A stretch of 64,000 bases of DNA from Candidatus Eiseniibacteriota bacterium (GTDB lineage: Bacteria > Eisenbacteria > RBG-16-71-46 > CAZAMP01): contig OZ245046.1 of NCBI GenBank assembly GCA_965224245.1, positions 4,160,001 through 4,224,000 on the forward strand. The letters are read 5' to 3'. Each line of letters starts with the position of its first letter. The stretch's first letter is position 1. Both the position numbers and the translations under genes were made by a program. Below are positions 40,401-49,809 of the stretch, piece after piece. Under the pieces are notes generated by a model that worked only from the letters and a program-made list of their open reading frames with translations, searched no databases and was not told the origin of the DNA.

Positions 40401-41142
40401 CCTCATTCAGGTCGAGATCGTGGCATTGCGGCTCGAGAGCATCGACCCGTTTCATCCAGAGGGGCCGATCCAGTTCCACCTGGATCCGGTCGCGCCACCA
40501 GCAAACGGAACCGCCATGCAGAGCGCGCGCCCGGCTCCGTTCCCGATGGACGCGGATCTCTTTCCGTGGCCTCGGATCATCATCCCCGGCCTGGGGCTCG
40601 ATCTGCACACGCAGGACGCGCCGCTCCTCGAGTCGACGTGGCCGGCGCTGCCGTCCTACGCGCCGTGGACGCTCGCGGGCCCGGTGGGGCTCTACGACGA
40701 GCGGGACCTCCTGGTCGGGACGATCGAGTCGATCATCCTGCAGCCGTGGCTGCCGTACGAGCCGGTCGGCGGCGGTCGTCACGCCAAGGGCCCCGGAACG
40801 CCGGACTGCTTCGCGCTGGATCCGCTCGGCACCGACGAGCCGGTTCTGCCGGGCGACATCCCGCAGGTGGCGCTCCGCGCGTTGACGCCGAACCCGTTCC
40901 GGGGCGCCACCGTCCTGACCTTCGACGTCACCGAGGACGGACCGGTGACGCTCCGCGTGTACGACGTCGGCGGCCGCCGGGTGCGTACGCTGGTCGACGC
41001 CGATCTGCGCGGTCCCGTTCGCCGGACGGTCGCCTGGGACGGAACCGACGACCGCGGCCACGAGGTCGATTCGGGCGTGTACTTCTTCCGTCTGGATGCC
41101 GGAGGCGAGACACGGAGCCGCAAAGGGCTGCTTCTGCGCTAG
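37432..41142 (+). CDS. Large secreted trypsin-like (V8/glutamyl endopeptidase-like) serine protease with CUB-like domain, three internal repeats and FlgD-Ig domain
   Basis: GGAGG RBS; SAGH, DDYAV, DTRVGNSGSP, VVGIH; PNPFR...VYDVGGRRVRTL...WDGTD...SGVYFFR. Confidence 0.88.
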   Translation: MPATLDRRSGGASGLATVIGLLVSVTLVSTTFAATVRTPRTGETIALAPARTAGACVPLQEDDGSYENAYALNFTDVAAPDVGAFAKYFHSPFPDAAVSLCSVSLQFTALASFPQDDATFDVRIYSHDGSGPGDLLTVRYGIDPGPIALWPAITTVTVDFFGVEIPTDEFWVAFWGDWPGAELEWFLAADQNGAFPPVLDHVNDSALGWIPVESHPEFPSCRNVGIRCEVEPPTGRAPLPVIGDEVAIDLGCGAYSNPGPDPLLVCTTTVTATDPETPWVRVHFDQLDIGAYDYLVISDQLGESYRIEGREAPLWPTEYYSLAVDGPEATVELWAVPGSSGGGIHLDFYDAGRSDSHVDRSICGSDDRGVATSKPTGRMRIKDKNGVTYVGTAFLISENGCYLSAGHNFDDVDLTDPGNIVMEHNTPASTAGGSPKPAKAEDQYKLDPSVPPCWKSNGEGDDYAVFKVKPNEKTKKTPGTAQGLYYPLKSAAPDSGSSAKVVGYGKDDGASSFTQQEHTGMVTGVTGTRINHNADTRVGNSGSPILNSNGGVVGIHTNGGCKPDGTGSNSGTVITAPDLQACINQVCPKDDVLPPLGDDLITITCTGDLTVPDLGISQSVTLTGSMVMHRESPISIGGLGTVDFTISGFQASGLTAMGPVELTSPAFSVPSGEASQIDPLVFVPLSYLCELPLALRLPTPWAPFPAPFPILLSGEFTSFPIWDSADLIAPPDPIPFVDEDEIVRATLSNLVIDPAPPTFCHTVDAATLELVTNPLPPTSLVMETPGGLGIRPHPEEWSTGTSRWIAPFDVSGVDLLFSSDPAYQEVKVAVGPSGTSFGELVQSLYRTYPSDALESVELRVEVQSLGSTFETVAPLPVVSSGTGVSGLPFLPGDSFQSLGGTGLVQLPAPDGVGRIDGSAARDRGIDGSITSLAFTVGDVFPWQPLPDPGVSQYCVSVEVHMNLDAFGPLSFESRGYFDVQRGPVEPLPGGLIQVEIVALRLESIDPFHPEGPIQFHLDPVAPPANGTAMQSARPAPFPMDADLFPWPRIIIPGLGLDLHTQDAPLLESTWPALPSYAPWTLAGPVGLYDERDLLVGTIESIILQPWLPYEPVGGGRHAKGPGTPDCFALDPLGTDEPVLPGDIPQVALRALTPNPFRGATVLTFDVTEDGPVTLRVYDVGGRRVRTLVDADLRGPVRRTVAWDGTDDRGHEVDSGVYFFRLDAGGETRSRKGLLLR

Positions 41143-41189
41143 CAGAAGCGTCCGCGGGGCCACCCTCAGCGGGGAGGGTGGTCCCGTCT

Positions 41190-42299
41190 TCATGAAAGCG
41201 GGCTCACGCGGCCCGCGCGTCGCGACCGGCGTGCGACACGGATGCACCAGCCGACGACGGCGGCGTTCACGACGAGGAACACGCCGAACACCACGGCCCC
41301 GCCCTGCTCGAGAGCGGTCGCATGCGCGGGATACAGCGGCCGCACGTCGAACGCGGCGAGCCGGACGGCTTCGCGGACCACCGTGGCCGCGACGACGACG
41401 ACGACCGCGGATCCGAAGATCGTCGTCGACCACGCCCGTTCCACCCGATCTCCATCGGTGCCGTCGCGCCCGCGCCCCAGGAGGCCGGCCCACGCGGTGG
41501 CGTTCACGAGCGCCGCCACGATCGCGACCCCGGCGTAGGGGCCCGCGAGCGCGCCGTGCATGACGGCACGGACCTCGGGCGGGGAGATCGTCGCGAACCC
41601 GAATACGGCACCGGCCGCCGCGAGCCAGCCGGCGAGCACCGTGATCGACAGCCATCGCCGCGGCGGGTGGTCGAGCTGAAGCAGGTGCACGGCCGCGAAC
41701 ACCGGGACCGCGCCGATCAGCCACACGAGAAGCCGCCACGTGGACGCCGCGGTCACGCGGAGCGATCCGCCGTCGGCGTAGATCGCGGGCCACGCGTCGT
41801 GCGCGATCGAGATCTGGTGATTCTGCGTCCACAGGAACGCGACGCCGACGAACGAGACCCAGGCGATCGTGATCGCGACGCGGCCCGACGGGCGCCACCG
41901 GCGCGACACCGGCGCCGAGGGCTCCCCGGCCCCGCCTCCGGCGCCGGCGCCTTTCGCCACGTACAGGAGGTAGAAGCCGATGACGAGCAGCGGCAGCACC
42001 GCGAGCCACTTGCCGAAGAGCAGCAGGTTGGCCGTGTAGAACCGCTCCTGATACAGGACCTGCACGAAGAGCAGCGGCGCCACTCCGGCCGTGATCGCCG
42101 CGCTCAGCGCGAACGGCAGCCAATCGACGACCAGGCGAACCGACGGGCACGTCCCGCGCGAGCCCCAGCGAGTCGCCACCAGCGCCGCGCCCACGACGAC
42201 GTAGCTCATGAACACGACGTGCAGCGCCAGCGTCACGACGTAGAGCGTCAGGTAGATGGCCGTGGGCCGGGGAAATTCGACGGGAAAGAGCTCACTCAT
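41190..42299 (-). CDS. Polytopic membrane protein, divergent CydA-like partner subunit
   Basis: LHVVFMSY, AITAGVAPLLFVQVLY, VVREAVR; overlaps the upstream CydA-like gene. Confidence 0.75.
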   Translation of the reverse strand: MSELFPVEFPRPTAIYLTLYVVTLALHVVFMSYVVVGAALVATRWGSRGTCPSVRLVVDWLPFALSAAITAGVAPLLFVQVLYQERFYTANLLLFGKWLAVLPLLVIGFYLLYVAKGAGAGGGAGEPSAPVSRRWRPSGRVAITIAWVSFVGVAFLWTQNHQISIAHDAWPAIYADGGSLRVTAASTWRLLVWLIGAVPVFAAVHLLQLDHPPRRWLSITVLAGWLAAAGAVFGFATISPPEVRAVMHGALAGPYAGVAIVAALVNATAWAGLLGRGRDGTDGDRVERAWSTTIFGSAVVVVVAATVVREAVRLAAFDVRPLYPAHATALEQGGAVVFGVFLVVNAAVVGWCIRVARRSRRAGRVSPLS

Positions 42300-43731
42300 G
42301 CGCGTCTCCCCCGGCCGGCGGCTCGGCCTCGTCCGGGCGATCGGGCAGCGGTGCGCGCTCGGTGCCCGCGTCCCGGAGCCAGAGGTGGTTCTGGGTCAGC
42401 GTCGGCACGTCGTCGACCACCGGCCAGCGCTCGGGCCGACCCGCCGCCTCCCACTCCAGGAGCTGCACGAGCGCCTCCAGATCCTCGGCATTGCCGGCGA
42501 ACGGCGGCATGAACGGCTTGGTGTGCTGGAGCTGCGCGACGTTGAGCCGCTTCTGTTCGGTCGACCAGCTCCGGGTCAGATGGACCAGTCCGTTCACTCC
42601 CTCCATCGAGTGACAGACGTTGCACTGGAAGCGATACACCTTCCGTCCCCGCACGAGCTGCGGGCTCGGGTACCGATCGCCGTCTCGCACCGGGTACGGA
42701 TCGTGCGCCACCGATCCGACCCGGCGCAGCTCGGCGATCTCGTCGGACGCGATGGCGTTCGAGTAGAGCGTCTCGCGGACCGTGAACGGCTTGCGGACCC
42801 CCTCGCGGACGAACTCGCCGCCCGCGGTGGCCATGAACGCGAGCGCCACCAGGAGCGTGGCCGTCGCGCCGTTGATCATCAGACGCTGTCCGATGAGCCC
42901 GACGATCGCGTAGCCGCCGATCAGGACCGAGACGCCGATCGCGAGGGCCAGGAACATCGACATGGCCGCGCTCCCGCCGAGCACCCACGAGCGGCTGTCG
43001 GGCGGAATCACGCTCAGGAACCACGCGCCCACCAGCGGCATCAGCGCCATCGGGGCCAGGAACCGCGCCGAGCGCGTGATCAGCCGCGCCCGCGTCTCGC
43101 GATCGAACTCGCGCATCGCGTTGATGACGACACACGCGGTGAGGGAGGCGAGCGTCAGCGCGACGATGGTCCGGAACACCAGCGAGGGCCAGAAGCTCGG
43201 GTTGAAGAACCCGGCCCACACCGAGCCGGTCTCGAGCCACTGGCCGGGAGTGAGCTGCCACGACAGGATCCCGTTGATCCAGAACAGGCTGAACCAGCCC
43301 GCGATGGAGTACGTGACGAGGAGCGCCAGTCGCGTCCGGTCGTCGAGTCGAGCGCCGTATCGGTAGAACGTGTAGCCGGCCACGATCTCGAGACAGAAGA
43401 AGGTCCACTCGAGGGCCCAGATCCAGTGGAAGGCGTCGATCATGAGCCCGATCGTGCGCGGGCTCACCTGGATGGACACGAACCACATGCCGACGCCGGT
43501 CACCGCGCCGAGCACGAAGCTGACGAGCACCAGGAACCGGAAGTAGCCGTCGAGGAAGCGCCTCGCCGCTGGATCGCGCCCGTCGCGGCTCCATCGCTGG
43601 AACGCGGCCATCAGGAACCCGCCTCCGATCGCGAACTGGGCGAGAAACACGTGCACGATCCCGAGACCGCCGATCATCAGCCCCTTGATCGCGGGTTCGA
43701 CGTCGTTGATGGGGTAGTACGGGACCTCCAA
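42292..43731 (-). CDS. Cytochrome bd subunit I (CydA)-like protein fused to a monoheme cytochrome c
   Basis: HVFLAQFAIGGG, GAVTGVG, WALEWTFFCLE, INGILSWQLTP, EFVREGVRKPF; CNVCH and MPPF. Confidence 0.85.
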   Translation of the reverse strand: MEVPYYPINDVEPAIKGLMIGGLGIVHVFLAQFAIGGGFLMAAFQRWSRDGRDPAARRFLDGYFRFLVLVSFVLGAVTGVGMWFVSIQVSPRTIGLMIDAFHWIWALEWTFFCLEIVAGYTFYRYGARLDDRTRLALLVTYSIAGWFSLFWINGILSWQLTPGQWLETGSVWAGFFNPSFWPSLVFRTIVALTLASLTACVVINAMREFDRETRARLITRSARFLAPMALMPLVGAWFLSVIPPDSRSWVLGGSAAMSMFLALAIGVSVLIGGYAIVGLIGQRLMINGATATLLVALAFMATAGGEFVREGVRKPFTVRETLYSNAIASDEIAELRRVGSVAHDPYPVRDGDRYPSPQLVRGRKVYRFQCNVCHSMEGVNGLVHLTRSWSTEQKRLNVAQLQHTKPFMPPFAGNAEDLEALVQLLEWEAAGRPERWPVVDDVPTLTQNHLWLRDAGTERAPLPDRPDEAEPPAGGDAHE

Positions 43732-43741
43732 CGCGCGCCTC

Positions 43742-44245
43742 CTACCAGAGCGCGTCGATGACGTGACGCTCGAGCTCGGCGGTCTCGGTGTCGTACGTGT
43801 AGGCCGTGCGCGGGCCCCGGAATCCCATCAGCTCGCCGACGTTCACCAGGCGAGTGCCGCCGACCACGTCGGTCGACTCCTGATGCGTGTGTCCGGTGAA
43901 CACGATGTCGTAGTCTCCGGTCGCAGAGAGCCCGCGAGCCAGCTCCGGATAGTGCTCGAAGGCGATCCGCCGCCCGCCCAGCTCGATGTCTCCGAAGGGC
44001 TTGTGGAAGATCACGTTCGGCCACCGGTCGGGCGCGTTCCGGACCATCAGAAACTGCTCGGCGTCGTTGTTCCCGAAGGTCACGTGGACGGGCCCCTCGA
44101 ACGCCGCGAGCTCGGTCAGCGGGATCGGGCTCACCAGATCGCCGCAGTGAATGATCGCCGCCGCCTTCCGCTCCGTGGCCAGCGCGACCGCCGCCCGGAC
44201 GGCTCCGAGGTGATCGTGACTGTCGGACACGACGAGAATCTTCAT
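43742..44245 (-). CDS. YfcE/MJ0936-like metallophosphoesterase
   Basis: SDSHD, HCGDL, GNND, GHTH, NVGE. Confidence 0.9.
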   Translation of the reverse strand: MKILVVSDSHDHLGAVRAAVALATERKAAAIIHCGDLVSPIPLTELAAFEGPVHVTFGNNDAEQFLMVRNAPDRWPNVIFHKPFGDIELGGRRIAFEHYPELARGLSATGDYDIVFTGHTHQESTDVVGGTRLVNVGELMGFRGPRTAYTYDTETAELERHVIDALW

Positions 44246-44424
44246 GTCACCTCCCGCGACTCGGATGGTAGCTTTCGCGGGACATCATACGTCAGCGCAC
44301 GCCACGTTGCTCGGGGACGATGTTCCCCGGCGCGGCCAAGGACGGTGTCATCCCGAAGATGGACGGCTTGCGAGTTGAAGCGTCACACGGTGCCCCGGCG
44401 GGCGCCCGGTCCCCGGTGCGGTCG

Positions 44425-45708
44425 ATGAGGATCCTCCTCATCGCCTACCGCTTCCCTCCGCAGGGTGGCAGCGGGGTGCAGCGTCCGGCGAAGATGGTGC
44501 GAACATGGGTCGGGGACGGCCACGACGTGACCGTCCTCACGAGCCCCGCCCACACGGTGCCGGTGCAGGACGCCGAGCTGCTGTCCGAGGTTCCCAGCAG
44601 CGTCGAGGTCGTGACCGCCGCCGACCGGAGCCTCGCGCGGCTTCTCGCGCGATGGCGGGAGCGGGTGCGCGGCACGCCGGCCGGCGCGCTCGACCTGCCG
44701 CTCCGCTACGCACAGGCGGTCGTCCAGACGTTCATGACCCCCGACCCCCACGCCGGCTGGCTCGTCCCCGGCATGCTCGCCGCCGGGCGCATCGTGGGAT
44801 CCGACCGTCCCGACGTGATCGTGGCCACCGGCCCCCCGTGGTCCCCGGTCGTGGCGGGCGCGGTCACCGCTCGTCGACACGGCATCCCGTTCGTGATCGA
44901 CTATCGCGATCCCTGGAGTGCGACCTACTTCAACAAGCCGGATCGACTGTTCCCCCGGATCCTGAACCCGCACCTGGAGCGCTGGGTGGTCGGCGGCGCC
45001 GACGGCGTGATGGCCGCGCATCGCGAGGTTCTCCGGCGCCTGCGTCCGCTCTTCGGTGCCGACGCGCCGATCTGCATGTGGGTGCCCAACGGCTACGATC
45101 CGGACGACATTCACCCCGACGTATCCATCGACACCGACTGCTTCACGCTCACCTACACCGGGAGCTTTCTGAACCTGCGCAACCCCCGCGTGCTCATCGA
45201 GACGCTCGACCGCCTCCTCGCCGACGGCACGGTGGATCCGGAGCGGTTTCGCCTGCATCTGGCGGGCAACGTGTCGATGGCCACGCGCTACGCGACACCC
45301 GGCGGCCCGCTGGCGCGCGCGATGCGGGTCGACGGGTACGTGTCGCACTCCGAGAGCGTACGGCTCCTCCAGAAGAGCACGGCCAACCTGATTCTCGAGA
45401 TCGGGGTCGGGGGCCGGAACTATCACTCGCCGGGCAAGGTGTACGAGGTGTTCGCGGCGCGGCGCCCGGTGTTGCTCCTGTGTCCCGAGGGCACCACGAC
45501 GCATCTGGCCCGGCGGATGGGCGGCACCTGGGTCGCGCATCCCGAGAGGCCCGGGGAGATCCGCCGCGCCGTGGTGGAGATGGTCGAGGCCTGGCGAGAG
45601 GGCCGGCTGGCCCGCCTGCCGGATCCAAAGCGGCTTCGGTTCTACGAGCGCGCGCACCAGTCCCGGCGTGCGCTGCGGCTGATCGCGCGCGCGAGCGGCA
45701 TCGAGTGA
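44425..45708 (+). CDS. Glycosyltransferase (GT4-like, GT-B fold)
   Basis: MRILLIAYRFPP.GGSGVQR, ATGPPW, DYRDPW, PNGYD, PGKVYE. Confidence 0.88.
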   Translation: MRILLIAYRFPPQGGSGVQRPAKMVRTWVGDGHDVTVLTSPAHTVPVQDAELLSEVPSSVEVVTAADRSLARLLARWRERVRGTPAGALDLPLRYAQAVVQTFMTPDPHAGWLVPGMLAAGRIVGSDRPDVIVATGPPWSPVVAGAVTARRHGIPFVIDYRDPWSATYFNKPDRLFPRILNPHLERWVVGGADGVMAAHREVLRRLRPLFGADAPICMWVPNGYDPDDIHPDVSIDTDCFTLTYTGSFLNLRNPRVLIETLDRLLADGTVDPERFRLHLAGNVSMATRYATPGGPLARAMRVDGYVSHSESVRLLQKSTANLILEIGVGGRNYHSPGKVYEVFAARRPVLLLCPEGTTTHLARRMGGTWVAHPERPGEIRRAVVEMVEAWREGRLARLPDPKRLRFYERAHQSRRALRLIARASGIE

Positions 45709-46158
45709 TCAGCCTTCCCGGGCGGCGATCTTGTCCACGCGGCGCTTGTACCTCGGCTCCGAGTCGATGAACGTCGCCTCCAGATAGGCGAGCACCACGT
45801 CCTCGGCCAGCGACTCGCCGACCACCTTGCCCCCGAGGCACAGCACGTTCATCGCGTCGTGCTCGACTCCCTGATGCGCGGTGTACACGTCGTGGCACAC
45901 CGAGGCTCGGATGCCGGGCACCTTGTTGGCCGCGATCGCGGCTCCCACGCCCGATCCGCAGCAGACGATGCCGCGAATGCCGGGCTCGGCCACCACCGCG
46001 TCGGCGACCGCGAATGCGAAGTCCGGATAGTCGTCCGATGCGACGTACTCGTGCGCGCCCACGTCGTGCACGTCGTAGCCGCGCGCGAGGAGATAGCGCT
46101 CGAGGTGCTCCTTCAGCGCGAAGCCCGCGTGATCGGCGCCCAGAACGACCTTCATCAC
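45709..46158 (-). CDS. rpiB: Ribose-5-phosphate isomerase B
   Basis: [35 protein letters not shown]. Confidence 0.93.
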   Translation of the reverse strand: MMKVVLGADHAGFALKEHLERYLLARGYDVHDVGAHEYVASDDYPDFAFAVADAVVAEPGIRGIVCCGSGVGAAIAANKVPGIRASVCHDVYTAHQGVEHDAMNVLCLGGKVVGESLAEDVVLAYLEATFIDSEPRYKRRVDKIAAREG

Positions 46159-48182
46159 GCGGCTCCGATCAGGCGCCGGACCCGCGCCGCCACGTTCGTC
46201 GCCGTGAAGCCGAACTGATCGAAGAGCTCACCGGCCGGAGCCGACGCGCCGAAGCGCTCCACCGACAGCACCTCGCCTCTCGGTCCGATCCAGCGGTGCC
46301 ACCCCTGCGCGATGCCGGCCTCGACCGCGAGCGTGGGCAGCGGCGCCTCGCCGAGCACCGATCGCCGATAGGCATCGGGCTGCTTCTCGAACAGCTCCCA
46401 CGAGGGCATGCTGATGATCCGCGTCCGTACGCCGTCGGCCGCGAGGAGATCGGCGGCCTCGCAGCAGAGATGGAGCTCCGAGCCGGTCCCGATCAACGTG
46501 GCGTCGGCGTCCGGGTCCTCGTGCAGCACGTACGCGCCGCGAGCGAGCCCCTCGGCGCCGGCAAAGCGCGTCCGGTCGATCGCGGGCACTCCCTGTCGGG
46601 TGAACACGAGGGCGGTCGGCCCTCCGGTGTGGGTGACAGCCGCTCGCCAGGCCTCGACGCACTCAGCCGCATCGGCCGGGCGCACCACGGTCAGGTTGGG
46701 GATCGCCCGCAGCGCGGCCACGTGCTCGATCGGCTGATGGGTGGGCCCATCCTCGCCGAGGCCGATGGAATCGTGCGTGAACACGTAGATCGCCCGCGTC
46801 TCCATCAGCGCCGCCAGCCGCATCGACGGGCGCATGTAGTCGGAGAACGTCAGGAAGGTGCCCGTGTACGGGATGACGCCGCCGTGCAGCGACAGCCCCG
46901 ACGCGATGGCCCCCATCGCGTGCTCGCGCACGCCGAAGTGCAGGTTGCAGCCCGTGCGATCCTCGACCCCGAACGAACCGGACGACGCGAGGTCGGTGTT
47001 GTTGGACGGACCGAGATCGGCCGACCCCCCCAACAGGTTGACCAGTGTCGTCGAGAGCGCGTTCAGGATCTTCCCCGACGCCTTGCGCGTGGCCATCTTG
47101 GCCGCGTCGGGGAAGATCCCCTCGAGAGGCGCGTCCCACCCGTCGGGCAGCGTGCCCGCCATCAGGGACTCGAACTCCTTGACGCGTGCGGGGTCCTCCG
47201 CGCGCGCGGCGGCCAGCCGCTCGCTCCACGCGGCGTGGCGCTGTCGCCCCACCGCGCGCCCCTCGCGCATGTGGGCCCGGACGTCCTCGGGCACCACGAA
47301 CGGGGCGTGCGTCCATCCCAGCTTCTCGCGCGTCGCCTTCACCTCGTCGGCACCGAGCGCGGCGCCGTGCGTGGCCGCGGACCCGGCCAGGTTGGGCGAG
47401 CCGAAGCCGATCTCCGTGCGGCATACGATGAGGCTCGGGCGGTCGGCGTCCGTCTTCGCGTCGATGATCGCCCGGTCGACGGCCTCCAGGTCGTTGCCCT
47501 CGATCGGCCCGATCACCTGCCAGCCGTACGCGCGAAAGCGCGCGGCCACGTCCTCGCGGAACACGACGTCGGTGGATCCCTCGATCTGGATTCCGTTGTC
47601 GTCGTAGAGGTAGATCAGCTTCCCGAGCCCGAGCGTCCCCGCGAGCGAGGCGGCCTCGGAGGCGACCCCCTCTTGCAGGTCGCCGTCGGAGACGGTCGCG
47701 TACACGTGATGATCCACGATGCGATGATCGCCCGCGTTGTATCGCGCCGAGAGCCACGACTCGGCGATCGCCATGCCGACGCCGTTTGCGAACCCCTGAC
47801 CGAGGGGACCGGTCGTGGTCTCGACGCCGGGGGTCAGATGCACCTCGGGGTGTCCAGGGGTGAGGCTTCCCCATTGCCGGAACCGCTTGAGCTCGTCCAG
47901 CGCCAGGTCGTACCCGGTGAGGTACAGCAGCGCATACAGGAGCGCCGACGCGTGGCCGTTCGACAAGATGAAGCGATCGCGGTCGAGCCACGTCGGATCC
48001 GAGGGATCGTGCGACAGGTGGCGCGTCCACAGCACGTAGGCGAGTCCGGCCATGCCCATCGGGGCTCCGGGATGCCCGCAGCCGGCGGCCTCGACCATGT
48101 CGATGGACAGGAATCGAATCGCGTTGACGGCACGCTCGGCGAGATCACCGTCGGGCCAGCTCTGATCCTCGGATCGGGTCAT
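46155..48182 (-). CDS. tkt: Transketolase
   Basis: [56 protein letters not shown]. Confidence 0.97.
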   Translation of the reverse strand: MTRSEDQSWPDGDLAERAVNAIRFLSIDMVEAAGCGHPGAPMGMAGLAYVLWTRHLSHDPSDPTWLDRDRFILSNGHASALLYALLYLTGYDLALDELKRFRQWGSLTPGHPEVHLTPGVETTTGPLGQGFANGVGMAIAESWLSARYNAGDHRIVDHHVYATVSDGDLQEGVASEAASLAGTLGLGKLIYLYDDNGIQIEGSTDVVFREDVAARFRAYGWQVIGPIEGNDLEAVDRAIIDAKTDADRPSLIVCRTEIGFGSPNLAGSAATHGAALGADEVKATREKLGWTHAPFVVPEDVRAHMREGRAVGRQRHAAWSERLAAARAEDPARVKEFESLMAGTLPDGWDAPLEGIFPDAAKMATRKASGKILNALSTTLVNLLGGSADLGPSNNTDLASSGSFGVEDRTGCNLHFGVREHAMGAIASGLSLHGGVIPYTGTFLTFSDYMRPSMRLAALMETRAIYVFTHDSIGLGEDGPTHQPIEHVAALRAIPNLTVVRPADAAECVEAWRAAVTHTGGPTALVFTRQGVPAIDRTRFAGAEGLARGAYVLHEDPDADATLIGTGSELHLCCEAADLLAADGVRTRIISMPSWELFEKQPDAYRRSVLGEAPLPTLAVEAGIAQGWHRWIGPRGEVLSVERFGASAPAGELFDQFGFTATNVAARVRRLIGAA

Positions 48183-48321
48183 CGAGACTCCCTCGCGCGC
48201 GCTCGCGCGCGTCAGCTCGGCTCCGGCCATTCGGCTCACTCCTCGTCCGTGAACGACCCCCGGGTCGTTTCTGGAAGCTCACTCGTCGTCGCGGCATGCG
48301 CGACCCGGCATGCACCCGGCA

Positions 48322-48927
48322 CTACGTCACGATCGCGGACGGCTCGTCCCAGACTCGTCCGATGGCCACCTCGCGGAGGGGCTTGCGGGTCCGCGGCGCC
48401 AGCTCGTCCTCGCGATAGGTGTCGTCCAGTCGCTCGACCTCGCCGATGTACCCGATGGCCACGCCGGCCACTGGATCCCAGCCCTCGGGCACCGCGAACG
48501 TCTCGCGAATCCGCGGGATGTCGATGCCGCCCATGTGGTGTACGTGCAGCCCCCGGGCCATCGCCTCCACCGTGAGGCTCATCGACGCGAGACCCACGTC
48601 GTGGTAGGCGTGCCGGTTGGGCTTGTCGTTCTTCGCGAATCGGAGCTTCGCCAGCGTGATCATGACCACCGGTGCCAGCTTCGCCCAGTTCCGATTCCAC
48701 TCGACGAGGCAGCCGAGCACGCGATCGTACTGCTCGCGATCCTGCTTGATCCCGACGATGTATCGCCACGGCTGCTCGTTGAAGCACGAAGGAGCCAGCC
48801 GCGCGGCCTCCAGCAACCCCACGACGTCGGTGGGGGAGACCTCTCTTTCGGTGAACGCCCGTGGGCTCCATCGCGTGGCGAGGAGCTCGTGGATCGGGAC
48901 GCTGGTGGTGACGAGCTTGCTACTCAC
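48322..48927 (-). CDS. Nitroreductase family protein
   Basis: AAGGAG then GTG; RWSPRAF, APSCFNEQPWRY, HHMGG. Confidence 0.9.
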   Translation of the reverse strand: MSSKLVTTSVPIHELLATRWSPRAFTEREVSPTDVVGLLEAARLAPSCFNEQPWRYIVGIKQDREQYDRVLGCLVEWNRNWAKLAPVVMITLAKLRFAKNDKPNRHAYHDVGLASMSLTVEAMARGLHVHHMGGIDIPRIRETFAVPEGWDPVAGVAIGYIGEVERLDDTYREDELAPRTRKPLREVAIGRVWDEPSAIVT

Positions 48928-48931
48928 GATC

Positions 48932-49798
48932 TCACTCCTTCGACTCCGTCGCGGCCAGGCCGAGGTAACACTCGGGGCGACGATCCGGCAAGAACCATCT
49001 CGTCGCCGGCGCCGCATCGTTGGCGGACAGATCACAGCTCACGAGTACGAGGTCGTCCCGGCCCGACGCGGCGCGCGCCAGGACCCGTCCGTGGGGATCC
49101 ACGGCGAACGACTCTCCGGCGAACGTCTGCGCATCCGGCGCGGTGCCGTCGGTTCCGACGCGGTTGACGAGCGCGACGTGGTACCCGTTCTGAAAGGCGG
49201 CCACACGGATCTCGGCCTCGTGCATGTCGCCGGCCCACTCTCCGGCGAGTCCGGCCTGGGGGACGACGACCAGCTCCGCGCCCCCCAGCCGCAGCAGACG
49301 CATGTACTCGGGAAAGTGCCGGTCGTAGCAGATCGCCACGCCGATCCTGCCCACCCGCGTGTCGTACACGGGCGCGCCGCGATCTCCGGGTGCGTAGTGA
49401 TGCGTCTCGCGAAACCCCTCGAAGTCGGCCACGTGGACCATCCGGGTGACGCCGAGGAGGGTGCCGTCGGCGTCGATCACCGGCGTCGAGTCGAACGTCC
49501 GACCGCCATCGCGCTCGAAGAGATTGAAGACGATCACGATCCCGAGCTCGCGCGACAGCTCCGCGAGTCGCTCCGTCGTGGGGCCGGGAACGGTCTCGGC
49601 CCACCCCGACGGCGCCTCTCCGCTCGTGCGCGGAAAGAACGGCAGGTGCGACAGCTCCGCGAATGCGACCACGTCGGCGCCGCCGGCCGCGGCGGCCCGG
49701 ATCGCACGAAGACAGGCCGTCAGGTTGCGTGGTGGCTCCGGGCCGAGCGCCACCTGTGCCAGTGCGAGGGTGACCCCGCGTTCGCGCGCCGGCGACAC
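48932..49798 (-). CDS. Carbon-nitrogen hydrolase (nitrilase superfamily)
   Basis: VAFAEL, ICYDRHFPE, NRVG, FAGESF. Confidence 0.9.
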   Translation of the reverse strand: MSPARERGVTLALAQVALGPEPPRNLTACLRAIRAAAAGGADVVAFAELSHLPFFPRTSGEAPSGWAETVPGPTTERLAELSRELGIVIVFNLFERDGGRTFDSTPVIDADGTLLGVTRMVHVADFEGFRETHHYAPGDRGAPVYDTRVGRIGVAICYDRHFPEYMRLLRLGGAELVVVPQAGLAGEWAGDMHEAEIRVAAFQNGYHVALVNRVGTDGTAPDAQTFAGESFAVDPHGRVLARAASGRDDLVLVSCDLSANDAAPATRWFLPDRRPECYLGLAATESKE

Positions 49799-49809
49799 CG
49801 AGCGCGCGA

